Source: an uncultured Thermoplasmatales archaeon
GTDB taxonomy: Archaea; Thermoplasmatota; E2; UBA202; DSCA01
Direction of reading: 5' to 3'
DNA length: 64,000 nt
Assembly: GCA_964514975.1 (NCBI GenBank)
Contig: CAZESS010000002.1
Coordinates: 1-64,000, forward strand
The notes under the pieces were generated by a model. That model searched no databases and was not told where the DNA came from. It was given only the letters and a program-made list of their open reading frames with translations. Within the stretch, counting starts at the first letter, position 1. The number at the start of each line of letters is the position of its first letter. The position numbers were made by a program, and so were the translations under genes. Positions 17,718 through 27,311 of this stretch are shown piece by piece.

Positions 17718-20102
17718 TCAGAGGTTCAGTATCCGCACATCCGAGACGCTCGCGGTGGCGGTATTGCCGGCACGGTCCGCGGCCAGCGCGGTGATGGTAT
17801 GCCGCCGGCCCAGGGACGTGTTGTCGTACATCCAGGTGTATGGTGCCATGGTGTCGTTGTGGGCTGCCGTGTCGTCGATGGAAAAATGGACGTATGCTGC
17901 CCCCGACGTGGTGTCGTTCGCCGTTGCCTCGATGATTATTTTGCCGATGGCGAGCGTGGTGCAGAATGGGATGATTTCTCTGTCGAAGAGATACAGTCGT
18001 CCGGCCCGGGGACGCTCAAGTGATACCTCCGGGGCTTCGGTGTCTATTTTCAGGGATATGGCGCTGGTGTTTTCCTGGTTGCCGGCCAGGTCCGTCGAGC
18101 GATAGGTGACCGTGTGTTCTCCGTCGGTGTCGATGTCGAATGGCTCCTGGTATGTTTTCCATGCACCACCGTTTATCCGGTAGCGGGTGTGGTTGACGCC
18201 CGACGTGGCGTCGGTGGCCTCCAATGTGACGGTGACAGTGCTGGTGTACCATCCATTGTTTCCCTGCGGCGAGGACGGGGTGAGTGAATGCTCGGTTTCG
18301 GGCGGCGTGCCGTCCCGGCGTAATGTCATGTTTTTCTCCGTCTCCTGGTTGCCGGCGCCGTCGATGGAATAGTATGAAAGGGCGTGGACGCCGTCTGTGT
18401 CGATGTCGAACGCCTCGCTGTAGACCTGCCAGTCGCCGGTGTCGAGGCGGTAGTAGGTGGCGTTGACGCCTGAAAACCCGCCCTGGGCGTCCATCGCCAC
18501 GGTGACATCGCTCGTGTACCACTCGCTATGGTCAGGGTCGGCGGGCTGCCGGGATGCATTGGTTATGGGAGGTATTGTGTCGACTGATATGTCCCTGCTG
18601 TTTACCGGTTCCTGGTTTCCGGCGATGTCGGTGGAATAAAACCGGACGGTGCTGTTTCCCTCCCGTTCAAGGGTGAACTGGCCCGTGTACTGCTGCCATT
18701 GCTCGTCGTTTATCCGGACCCATGTGGTGTTGACGGCTGATCCTGCATCGGTTGCTTCCAGCGTGATTGTGACAGCGCCGGTATACCAGTCGTTGTCGCC
18801 CTCGGTTCCTGACACCTGGATGGTGGTGGTGGGCGGGATGCTGTCGGTGACTGTTACCTGCTCGGTGTGGCTGTCCCGGGCGCCGGCGTTGTCAACGACG
18901 GTGAGCGTGACGTTGTAGGTGCCTGCCTGCTGGTACTGATGGCTCGGCGACTGCAGGTAGCTGGTGGCGCCGTCGTCGAAATTCCATGTCCAGTTGACGA
19001 TGCTGCCGTCGGTGTCGTTCGAGGTGTCGTTGAACTGTATGGCGTCCTCTATAGTGGGAGACAGTGGGGTGTAGGTGAAATTGGCCGTTGGGGAGAAGGA
19101 GGTGACGTTGACGCTGTAGGTCGCCGACCTGTTGCCGTTGCCCGCGGTGTCGTTTGCCCAGAGGTAATAGGTGTACATGCCGGGCTCCGAGTATGTTTTG
19201 TTGAAATACCAGGTGTCCGTCCCGGCGAGCCGTGTCATGCTGAGGTTTTCGAACTGGATGGGGGTGACAACATATATTTTGACCATGTTCAGGGCAATGT
19301 TGTCCGTTATCTCACCGGTGACGTTGACCGTCGTGGCGTTGTTGTCATACATGGAGGTGCAGTCCACCTCGCCGATGACAGGGCTGTCGTTGTCGATGAC
19401 CGTCACGGCCATAATGGCGGTGTAGTTCCAGTTGCCCTGGCTGTCGTTCGCCGCGATGACGTAGTAGAGCGGGTCCGCGGTGTGCGCCACCGAGATGGTA
19501 TGCGTCCAGTATCCGCCCGTCTGCTGCATGCTGGCGTTGGTCGCCGTGCCGTTGCCATACCAGTAGGTTACCCATGCCGTTGACACCGTGCCGTTGGCGG
19601 TGATGCTTGCGTTGAAGGTAAAGCTGTCCCCGGTGGTCGCCGTCGCCGGCGTGTGGTCGGATATCTGGGGACCGTTCACCGGCTGCATGGTGACGTTGAC
19701 CTGCTGGGACGGCGGGGTCTGCACGGTGGTGTTGTTGCTGCCCGCCCATCCGTCATGCTGCGCGAACACCTGCAGCGGAGCGCCGAGATGGGTTTCCTCG
19801 CTGATGCCCATGTTGAACGACACCTGGTAATATCCGGGGTTTTCGCTGCCGTCGTTGCCCGTGGATGTGTTTTTCCAGTGGGGATTGTCCGCTGAATCAT
19901 AGGACAGCACCTGGACGCTTGCATTGTTCACGCCGACCCCTGCACGGTACACGTACCCGGAGACGACGAGGATGACCCTGTCTGCTTGCACATCCTGCGG
20001 GACATCTGACATGGAGAATACATGCATCCCCGCCAGGACGAGCACACATGCTACGGCGAAGGCCGTCATCTTCGCCCCGGCTTGATGGCGCGGTATGGAC
20101 AT
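17718..20102 (-). CDS. Secreted Ig-like/PKD repeat surface protein
   Basis: Signal peptide, PKD (WTWNFDDG...YNVTLTV), three G.N.WY...YSTD.AGNQE beta-sandwich repeats. Confidence 0.85.
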   Translation of the reverse strand: MSIPRHQAGAKMTAFAVACVLVLAGMHVFSMSDVPQDVQADRVILVVSGYVYRAGVGVNNASVQVLSYDSADNPHWKNTSTGNDGSENPGYYQVSFNMGISEETHLGAPLQVFAQHDGWAGSNNTTVQTPPSQQVNVTMQPVNGPQISDHTPATATTGDSFTFNASITANGTVSTAWVTYWYGNGTATNASMQQTGGYWTHTISVAHTADPLYYVIAANDSQGNWNYTAIMAVTVIDNDSPVIGEVDCTSMYDNNATTVNVTGEITDNIALNMVKIYVVTPIQFENLSMTRLAGTDTWYFNKTYSEPGMYTYYLWANDTAGNGNRSATYSVNVTSFSPTANFTYTPLSPTIEDAIQFNDTSNDTDGSIVNWTWNFDDGATSYLQSPSHQYQQAGTYNVTLTVVDNAGARDSHTEQVTVTDSIPPTTTIQVSGTEGDNDWYTGAVTITLEATDAGSAVNTTWVRINDEQWQQYTGQFTLEREGNSTVRFYSTDIAGNQEPVNSRDISVDTIPPITNASRQPADPDHSEWYTSDVTVAMDAQGGFSGVNATYYRLDTGDWQVYSEAFDIDTDGVHALSYYSIDGAGNQETEKNMTLRRDGTPPETEHSLTPSSPQGNNGWYTSTVTVTLEATDATSGVNHTRYRINGGAWKTYQEPFDIDTDGEHTVTYRSTDLAGNQENTSAISLKIDTEAPEVSLERPRAGRLYLFDREIIPFCTTLAIGKIIIEATANDTTSGAAYVHFSIDDTAAHNDTMAPYTWMYDNTSLGRRHTITALAADRAGNTATASVSDVRILNL

Positions 20103-20201
20103 ATCTATACATAGCAGGGGGGCGTTTATTAAACTTCTTCCCCCTCCCGGGGCTGCAGCGGGAATCGATACCTTTTTTAGCCGTCACCGCTTATACCATG
20201 G

Positions 20202-20699
20202 ATGGCAGACGGAGGCACACGCGAGGGCGACGAGTCATCGTCGATGAAGCGGGCATCGCGCACCCTCGACGGCATTTTCAGCAACCTGGGCGGTTACAGC
20301 ATCATCAGGATGGAAAACGTCGTCGACGCCAGGCTCCAGCCGCTCTATCATTCCGCGGCCCGTGCGGCATACGACGCCACCATGGCGGAAAACCAGGTCA
20401 GAAAAAACAAAAAAGAGATAGCACGGGCGAAAAAGCTCCGCGAGGAGGGAAAAATCGAGGAGGAGGGAGCCGAGGAAATCATCGACATGTACGAAAACGA
20501 GATAGACCATGCCTACGAAACCATGGCGCAGGCCGGCAAAATGCATCGAAAACTCGACTTCGTCCTCGATGTGATCTCGCTGAAATACCATACGCTGCTG
20601 TCGAAAAGCATGGAAAAACTGGCGCGGCTGGCCATCGCTATCGCGCTCACCGCGCTCGCCGTTGCGCTGGTGGCGCTGCTCATTGCGCTGCTGCTGTAA
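20202..20699 (+). CDS. Hypothetical tail-anchored membrane protein
   Basis: Helical charged body with single C-terminal hydrophobic helix; host-like codon usage. Confidence 0.6.
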   Translation: MADGGTREGDESSSMKRASRTLDGIFSNLGGYSIIRMENVVDARLQPLYHSAARAAYDATMAENQVRKNKKEIARAKKLREEGKIEEEGAEEIIDMYENEIDHAYETMAQAGKMHRKLDFVLDVISLKYHTLLSKSMEKLARLAIAIALTALAVALVALLIALLL

Positions 20700-20701
20700 C
20701 G

Positions 20702-21313
20702 CTACCGTCGGTTGCGGAGACGGTGCAGGGGAACGAGCTTGAAAAACGTGCTGTACAGGCAGTCTTTTTTTGGAAACGGCTCGTCGGGTATCGGTTTGTC
20801 GAGGAACGTGCACAGCTTTGTCCAGGAGTCGCCGCTGGCGACGTTGAATTCGAGGAGGTCGTCCTCCCGCCCCTCGAAGTATGTGTGGACGTCGTCGACA
20901 TGGCGGATGTATGCCTCCCTGAACCGCTGCCGGTCGTAGTCGATGGCGCCGTACATGTCACGGTGGAGACGGTTGAACCACGTGTCGGCTTTGATGAGCT
21001 GGCCGGGCCAGACATGGCGGCGGCATGAGTCGAGCCAGTCGTCTATCTGCCGGGTGGTCAGGATGAACCTGGAGCCGGGGAATGCCTCGTCGAGCTCCCG
21101 GTAAAACCGGGCGATGGGCAGGTCGGACAGCGCATCGTATCGTGCGGCGATGGAGCGGTCGAGGGAAAGACGGCCGTCGCTGTACCGGATCATCCGTATC
21201 GGAAAATGCTTGGCATGGTAGCCAAGAACTTTGAGGGCGGCGGTGAGACTCGTCGTCCCGGTTTTCGACAGGCCGATACAAAACACCCTGGTCTGCTGCC
21301 TCTTTGCTGTCAT
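20702..21313 (-). CDS. Sulfotransferase-family P-loop protein
   Basis: IGLSKTGTTSL..AL..LGY, FILTTR...WLDS, W..LC.FL..PIP..PFP. Confidence 0.85.
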   Translation of the reverse strand: MTAKRQQTRVFCIGLSKTGTTSLTAALKVLGYHAKHFPIRMIRYSDGRLSLDRSIAARYDALSDLPIARFYRELDEAFPGSRFILTTRQIDDWLDSCRRHVWPGQLIKADTWFNRLHRDMYGAIDYDRQRFREAYIRHVDDVHTYFEGREDDLLEFNVASGDSWTKLCTFLDKPIPDEPFPKKDCLYSTFFKLVPLHRLRNRR

Positions 21314-21477
21314 GTGCGGAGCGATACCCGTGGATGGTAACATCGGATGGCTATAAAAATGCTTATGGCGATGGGCGTCAACCTATAAATATCCAGTCTG
21401 GCATATACGCCTGATGACCCGGCGGTACACCAGAGGTCGCGCATATTTTGCTCATCCGAGGGGACGGGGGAGATGAC

Positions 21478-22278
21478 ATGCTCTATGTGCTGTTCGTGGT
21501 GCTGGCGGGATGCGGCGCCGGCGCGATAACCGGACTTATCGGAGCGAGCGCGGTGGCCGTGGCGGTTCCCATCCTGGTCGTGTTCGCCGGCTACGATCCC
21601 TATGAGGCAATCGCCATCGCGCTTGCCATCGACATCATCGTGTCCATCGTCGCGGCGTATACCTATTCCAACCATAGCCGGGTGGACCTGCGGGCCGGCG
21701 CGGTCATCGCATCTGCATCGGTGGCGGGTGCCATCCTGGGCAGCTGGGCATCCTCGTTTCTGTCGGCGACCACGCTGGGCGGGGGCAGCGGGCTGATAAC
21801 GCTCGGTATCGGGCTGACCTTTTTTGCCCGGCCCGGCGTCATGGACGGCCGGCTGCTGCGCAATGTCCCCTACATCGACCGGCTGCGGGAGCAGAAAACG
21901 GTTCTCATGGTTGCCGCCGGGCTGGTCGTCGGCATTATCTGCGGGGTTATCGGCGCGGGCGGCGGCCTGGTTATCCTGCTCTGCCTGGTGGTTTTGCTGG
22001 AGTACCCAATACACATGGCCATTGGAACCTCGGTGCTCATCATGATTTTTACCGCCGGTGCGGCGACCGTCGGCCATGGCATGTATGGCGCGCTCGACAT
22101 CCCGGCGGCGCTGCTGGGGGCTGCAGCGGGCGCCGGCGCCGCGGTGGCGGCCTCCCGGTTTGCCAATGCGGCTCCCGAACGTGTCCTGAAGCGCATCGTG
22201 GGAGTTGTCTACATTGCGTTCGGGTTGCTGCTGGCGGTGGCGAAGCTGGTGTTCCCCGGCCATAGCGGGTTTGCATAA
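21478..22278 (+). CDS. Sulfite exporter TauE/SafE (TSUP) family protein
   Basis: About 8 TM helices, GVIGAGGG, AIGTS motifs. Confidence 0.85.
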   Translation: MLYVLFVVLAGCGAGAITGLIGASAVAVAVPILVVFAGYDPYEAIAIALAIDIIVSIVAAYTYSNHSRVDLRAGAVIASASVAGAILGSWASSFLSATTLGGGSGLITLGIGLTFFARPGVMDGRLLRNVPYIDRLREQKTVLMVAAGLVVGIICGVIGAGGGLVILLCLVVLLEYPIHMAIGTSVLIMIFTAGAATVGHGMYGALDIPAALLGAAAGAGAAVAASRFANAAPERVLKRIVGVVYIAFGLLLAVAKLVFPGHSGFA

Positions 22279-22333
22279 CCGGGTGGACAAACGAGAGCAG
22301 CAAATATTTAAGATGCAATATCAATACAGGGCT

Positions 22334-22407
22334 GGGCATATGAGGTAGCTTGGATATCCTACTGGCCTCCGGAGCCAGTTACTCGGGTTCAAATCCCGAT
22401 ATGCCCG
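22334..22407 (+). tRNA. tRNA-Arg (CCG)
   Basis: Acceptor GGGCATA/TATGCCC, anticodon arm CTGGC-CTCCGGA-GCCAG, T arm TCGGG-TTCAAAT-CCCGA. Confidence 0.95.
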
Positions 22408-22409
22408 TT
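22367..22409 (+). repeat. attL: 43-bp direct repeat (3' half of tRNA-Arg)
   Basis: ctccggagccagttactcgggttcaaatcccgatatgcccgtt, identical to 28737-28779. Confidence 0.95.
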
Positions 22410-23444
22410 AGGACATCGGAAACGCGTATTCAACGGGGGCGAACACCGCCAACGGCGCGACGTGAAAACCCGCGAAAACCGCGACAACGATTGCAAGCAA
22501 ACCACGAATTTTATGCACAAAACAACGATATTTATGCACAACCGCGCCAAACGTATGCACAATCATATACACAACAACGCCCACAACCGCGACCGCGTGA
22601 CATGCCGACGCAACCGCGCGGCATATACGTCGATGAACGCGACATATCGCGGCATTTATCGCGCATTGAATTGACGGGCGTGTGTGATACGTGGCTCGAC
22701 CGAATCGAACACATCGTCCGCGATTATGTAGATGCCGTCAACGGATGCATCGACGAGGACGCGACGCTTGATTATTTGCAACGGTTATCGGATGAACACA
22801 ACGTCGGCGGATACAAAAAAATGTTTTACCAAATACGGAAATTTTGTGTATTCATGGGCGCGGATTGGGCGAAGGATTTGAAAGCACCAAAAGACCGCAA
22901 CACGAATGATATAACCATTTGGCGTCCGGCGGACATCCGCGATGCATACGATTACTTGTCATCCCTGTATACGCGTCGGTATTCCGCCGCGTTGTTAATC
23001 GGCGCGACATCGGGCATCCGCGCCGAGGAATTATACAATTTTGGTTGGGATGATATCGATTTGGATGAACGCGTGATTTATGTCCGTAAATCGAAAACGG
23101 GGCAACGCCGCATTGCGTTTTTCAACGATGAGGCGGCGCGTGAAATGGAGGTGTTTTTATCCGAGGACATCGATGAATACAAATTCGTGGAACGTGAATT
23201 CATGCAACCGTTCAACGAATACGCGACGCGTAAATTTTTCCGTAAAACCAATTTGATGCCCAAGCACTTGCGGAAATTCTTTTCGCAGGAATGGGACAGA
23301 CATGGCGGCAACACGAACATCAAAAAATTGTTGATGGGGCATTCGTTAAACGGCGACGTTGATTTGTCGCATTACGCGGCACACGACGTTGACGACCTCC
23401 GCACGGAATACGAACGCGTGGGCGTACGCGTATTCGATGATTAG
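22368..23444 (+). CDS. Tyrosine integrase, C-terminal fragment int(C), SSV1/pTN3 type
   Basis: SGIRAEEL (R), KSKTG (K), PKHLRKFF (KxxR), LMGH, SHY (Y); frame runs through the att site. Confidence 0.9.
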   Translation, partial: SGASYSGSNPDMPVRTSETRIQRGRTPPTARRENPRKPRQRLQANHEFYAQNNDIYAQPRQTYAQSYTQQRPQPRPRDMPTQPRGIYVDERDISRHLSRIELTGVCDTWLDRIEHIVRDYVDAVNGCIDEDATLDYLQRLSDEHNVGGYKKMFYQIRKFCVFMGADWAKDLKAPKDRNTNDITIWRPADIRDAYDYLSSLYTRRYSAALLIGATSGIRAEELYNFGWDDIDLDERVIYVRKSKTGQRRIAFFNDEAAREMEVFLSEDIDEYKFVEREFMQPFNEYATRKFFRKTNLMPKHLRKFFSQEWDRHGGNTNIKKLLMGHSLNGDVDLSHYAAHDVDDLRTEYERVGVRVFDD

Positions 23445-23619
23445 AAACCGCGCTCGGCGTTTCTAACGCGTCCTATGCGACAAACAAAGGCAATGCCCCG
23501 CCCAATGTTAGGATGCCGGAGAAACGCGCTATCGTGATTAGCATTAATACGAATTAACATGAAAACATATCACAATTTTCGCACTAATTTTATAAACAAT
23601 TTAGGGTTTTATCATAATC

Positions 23620-24387
23620 ATGGATAAAAAAATTGCTATTACAAAATTGCGAGCGCTGCGAAACACATTTGACGATTTATTGGCTTACCCCCCTTACGTG
23701 AAGAATTTTGACCCACAAGACGTTATGGATGCATTTCTCATTTACGAACCCATCCGTGATTGGCTAATTGATAATATCCCGTCAAAATTTTGTGATTTAC
23801 CTCGCAGACCTACGCCTGAACCAACTGATACAACCGATTTTGACGGTCGCGGTCTCATAAAAAGAAGAATTTTGGAAACTCATCGAAGAGACATAGATTA
23901 TTGTTTAAACATATTACCCCAGGATGTGGAAAGCGGGGGCATTCCATCAATGTCAATTACTCGCGAAGGCGTATTTTTCGCGGGTGAATATTTTGATGCC
24001 CTTAAATACGTTAGCAATATAATTCCTAAAGCCGATGATTGCATCGTGCTTATTGATGGTTACGTAGATGAAAACACTTTGGCTTTATTTACCAAAAAAA
24101 GCGACAACGTGAGCGTCAAAGTCCTTACAAAAAAATGCTCCCCTTCTCTCAAGGTCTCGGCCGAAGCATTTAATAGGCAATACGGCGGTCTCCGAATTAG
24201 AACATCCAAAGCATTTCATGACAGGTTTTTATTTTTAGATGATAGTGAGTTTTACCATTTTGGTGCTTCGATAAAGGATTTAGGGAATCGCGGTTTCATG
24301 TTTTCGCGTATCGAGGAAACCGAAGTAATCGAGGCGCTGAATACAAAATTTGGCGAGGTGTGGGAATCGGCCAACGTCGCTGTTTAA
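23620..24387 (+). CDS. Hypothetical protein with C-terminal PLD-like domain
   Basis: GVFFAGEYFDA, LIDGYVD, FHDRFLFLD...YHFGASIKDLG resemble the PLD-fold domain seen after ORF6N/RhuM N-termini. Confidence 0.65.
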   Translation: MDKKIAITKLRALRNTFDDLLAYPPYVKNFDPQDVMDAFLIYEPIRDWLIDNIPSKFCDLPRRPTPEPTDTTDFDGRGLIKRRILETHRRDIDYCLNILPQDVESGGIPSMSITREGVFFAGEYFDALKYVSNIIPKADDCIVLIDGYVDENTLALFTKKSDNVSVKVLTKKCSPSLKVSAEAFNRQYGGLRIRTSKAFHDRFLFLDDSEFYHFGASIKDLGNRGFMFSRIEETEVIEALNTKFGEVWESANVAV

Positions 24388-24745
24388 GTAGCCCTACACA
24401 CGTTATTTCCGCTTCGCTTCCGCATAATGCGTGGTTTTGTTGCGTGTATCATATTCGCGAACGCTTGTAGATTCGAGTAAATCAATTCGGTGTTAGTAAT
24501 TCATGGTGCGTTTGTCGTTTTATCGTTCACGCCACCACGCGTTGCGTTGTAACATGCGGCACATGATTTTACAACCCATGGGTTTCTTTGTATCGAACAC
24601 GATAACGCATCCGCGCCCCACCGAAACCGCGTGGCCTCCGCGGTCGCGTTCTTTTCTTAATAGTATCTTATACCCTACGCGCTTATTCTCTTGAAGAGCG
24701 CGTTTCCATGATTTATTTTTTGGCGATTCTCTTCCGTTAGACACA

Positions 24746-26476
24746 TTAATTTTCGCCCTGCCGTTTTAGGCGTTCGTACACCGCGTGTAATCCTTGGACG
24801 GCTTCGACATTCGCGCCGCCGCCTTCGCGCCATATTTTGTATTCGTTGGCTATCGTTGTAGGTGAATTGCCTTCCTCGAAATCTCTGACAATGGCACATA
24901 GGTTTCGTATAACGTAACCAATGGTATGTTTCGTTTCAAGCTGTTGCCAAAATTCTTCTTCATCGGAAATCGAGATTGTTTTGACGGTAAATTCCTTTTT
25001 TATTCGCGGGAATACAAGTCCGTAAGTTATCACGACGCGATTATGGCGCAGGCCACGGTTGCGGTGATATGCTTGGTACATTTCGTTATCGAACAGGATT
25101 TGTTGCAACCATTCCCCCATGAATATGGGTTCATCGTTGCCCAAATATCCATCCGCGCTGTTCTGATGTATTCTATGTGCATCGCATTTTTTCGCGATTT
25201 CGCGGCTGCAAATTTTCTTCTTTATTTCGTCAATTGGTTTGTATAATAATTTCGCCATATACTCATGAATCACATCTTCGCTGATTGCATATGTTCCCAA
25301 AATAACAAGTGCGTCTTTATCGGCGAATTGGTTGCTGCTGCGAAGGTTACCAAAATATTCGCCGTTTATCAACGAATCATCGACAACCTCTTTATGCCCG
25401 ATTATACCGATGTTGCCATCGCCAAATATTTGCCTCAAATGCTGCAAATCAGGAACCAACCAATCGTCAATTGAATCACGATGGTAGATAAAACTTCGCC
25501 GTGGTCGATAACCTCTTGGTCGTAACCGATAAACATGCGTGTCCTTGTTTTGCCATTTCGATGTGAATATTTGCACATTGACATCGCGGTTGAAACCAAT
25601 TTCGCCGTTATATGCTTCCAATAAAAAATGAAAAAACTTGCGATGGAACGTTGCATCAAGAAACACGAGCGGCACACCCTCCTTAACAAGGTCAAATGCA
25701 TTATAATACAATGGCACGTGATATTCACGGTCGTAATCGTCATATCGCCGCGCCCACCATAAATAGTCCCAAATATTGGGCGCGCTATTGGAGAGCAAAT
25801 GCTTTATTTCCTTCTCTGATGCATCGTTTTCTATGGCGGTTCTGACCGCTTGCTGATGATGACCGCTCACCGCTACCTCACCGATATAATACCACGTGGA
25901 TGAAGTGAAATCGCCGGTTTCCATTGATGCAATATTATGTTCGCTTTCACCAATCGCGCGCATCCAATCGACAACGGCATCCCTATCGAATTCGAGCGTG
26001 TCCATCGCGATCTTATTTTCGTCGAAGAACGCGATTGTAGGATATGGTTCAATATGCTTTGTTTTTAGATATTCATACGGCGCGAATACGCGCTCTCGCT
26101 CATCGAATTGCTGTTTATATCGGCAATTGCTACGATTACATAATTCACATAAAACACCAATAGGCAACCCTCGTTCACGCCGTGCATCAACGCCTTCGTT
26201 CCATTCGCATTTGCGGCCAAATCCTTCCCAATGCGAATAGTGGTAATCGCTGATACCCATATCCGCTATTATCTCGTCGATTGTGTCATGACGGTCGGTA
26301 AAATAAAACGCATCGGGCTGCGTTTTCATGTATTGCATAACCGCATAGGTTTTGCCGATGCCGGGCTGATGCGCCAAAACGGTTATGTCTGCATCCAAAT
26401 CGTCAAAATCGACATCCTGCGGCTCGCACATTTCTGTTTCCAAAAACGTTATGCCGTCGCTGCATGTTTCGCGCAT
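24746..26476 (-). CDS. Divergent SF2 (DinG/XPD-like) helicase-type protein, putative replication protein
   Basis: PGIGKT Walker A, four-Cys cluster (C..CELC....CRY), FFDE Walker B, LDAT, QAYHRNR motif VI-like. Confidence 0.65.
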   Translation of the reverse strand: MRETCSDGITFLETEMCEPQDVDFDDLDADITVLAHQPGIGKTYAVMQYMKTQPDAFYFTDRHDTIDEIIADMGISDYHYSHWEGFGRKCEWNEGVDARRERGLPIGVLCELCNRSNCRYKQQFDERERVFAPYEYLKTKHIEPYPTIAFFDENKIAMDTLEFDRDAVVDWMRAIGESEHNIASMETGDFTSSTWYYIGEVAVSGHHQQAVRTAIENDASEKEIKHLLSNSAPNIWDYLWWARRYDDYDREYHVPLYYNAFDLVKEGVPLVFLDATFHRKFFHFLLEAYNGEIGFNRDVNVQIFTSKWQNKDTHVYRLRPRGYRPRRSFIYHRDSIDDWLVPDLQHLRQIFGDGNIGIIGHKEVVDDSLINGEYFGNLRSSNQFADKDALVILGTYAISEDVIHEYMAKLLYKPIDEIKKKICSREIAKKCDAHRIHQNSADGYLGNDEPIFMGEWLQQILFDNEMYQAYHRNRGLRHNRVVITYGLVFPRIKKEFTVKTISISDEEEFWQQLETKHTIGYVIRNLCAIVRDFEEGNSPTTIANEYKIWREGGGANVEAVQGLHAVYERLKRQGEN

Positions 26477-26552
26477 TGTATCGTGTTGTTGTGCGTAATG
26501 TGGTGGCGATACAAATAACTAATCAATCGCACTTTTGGTATAATAAAGAACA

Positions 26553-26966
26553 TCACAAGGTTCGTGAGAGCAGGAATAACCATAGCGGGATAAACAATAA
26601 GGGAAAAACTGTACCCAACCAAAAATTTGCTGCCGCAAGTATGCCCAATCGTGCAAATTTTCTATTTTCACGAGATTGTTTGTAATCTTCATCGAGTTTT
26701 TCTATTCTACATTTGATATCTTCAATCTCGCCTCGCTGACGATTCGATACGAACCAAAAAATTGCCGTAATTACTGTGCCAATTACCGCTATAGCAAAAG
26801 AAACTCCGTTTTCTCTTAATGAATCAATTCCAAAAGATGAAATATACGACAAAACGAGCAGTGATTCAGCGACAAGTAATAAATTTATTCGATTCGTAAA
26901 GAGGTTGTCAGCATGTAACAAATATCGCCAACGACGTTCTAATAAATTTTCATCATCATCTATCAT
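26553..26966 (-). CDS. Small three-TM membrane protein (element cargo)
   Basis: 137-aa AT-rich ORF with three hydrophobic helices. Confidence 0.7.
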   Translation of the reverse strand: MIDDDENLLERRWRYLLHADNLFTNRINLLLVAESLLVLSYISSFGIDSLRENGVSFAIAVIGTVITAIFWFVSNRQRGEIEDIKCRIEKLDEDYKQSRENRKFARLGILAAANFWLGTVFPLLFIPLWLFLLSRTL

Positions 26967-27073
26967 GCCATAATTAATGTAAAACGGTAAAAAAACCTAT
27001 CGCACATATTCATAAAAAATATAATATCAATTACATTCTCAGAAAAATTTCACGCGCCGCTTACTACGACATC

Positions 27074-27156
27074 GCGTTGTTTCGCTGCGGACAAAAAACA
27101 GTATACGAATCACGACAACGACAACGAATCGGCTTGACGCGCATCGTTGGTGTCGT
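27074..27156 (+). repeat. 83-bp imperfect direct repeat, copy 1
   Basis: 72/83 identical to 28367-28449 by manual alignment. Confidence 0.9.
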
Positions 27157-27311
27157 ATGTGCAGCATACTTTACATTTAAACCATAGGGTGCAAATAGAA
27201 ATCATACGATAAACGAGTGATTCATATCAAACAGCGCTTAACTTTTTTATTTAAAAAACGTAAATCAAAAATACTATAATTTTGATATACGATACACATT
27301 ATGTGGTTTAG

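Noticed and set aside
22350-22367. TTG at 22350 as the integrase start
   Set aside because: It lies inside the tRNA D-arm; the likely true N-terminus is at 28603 and joins through att
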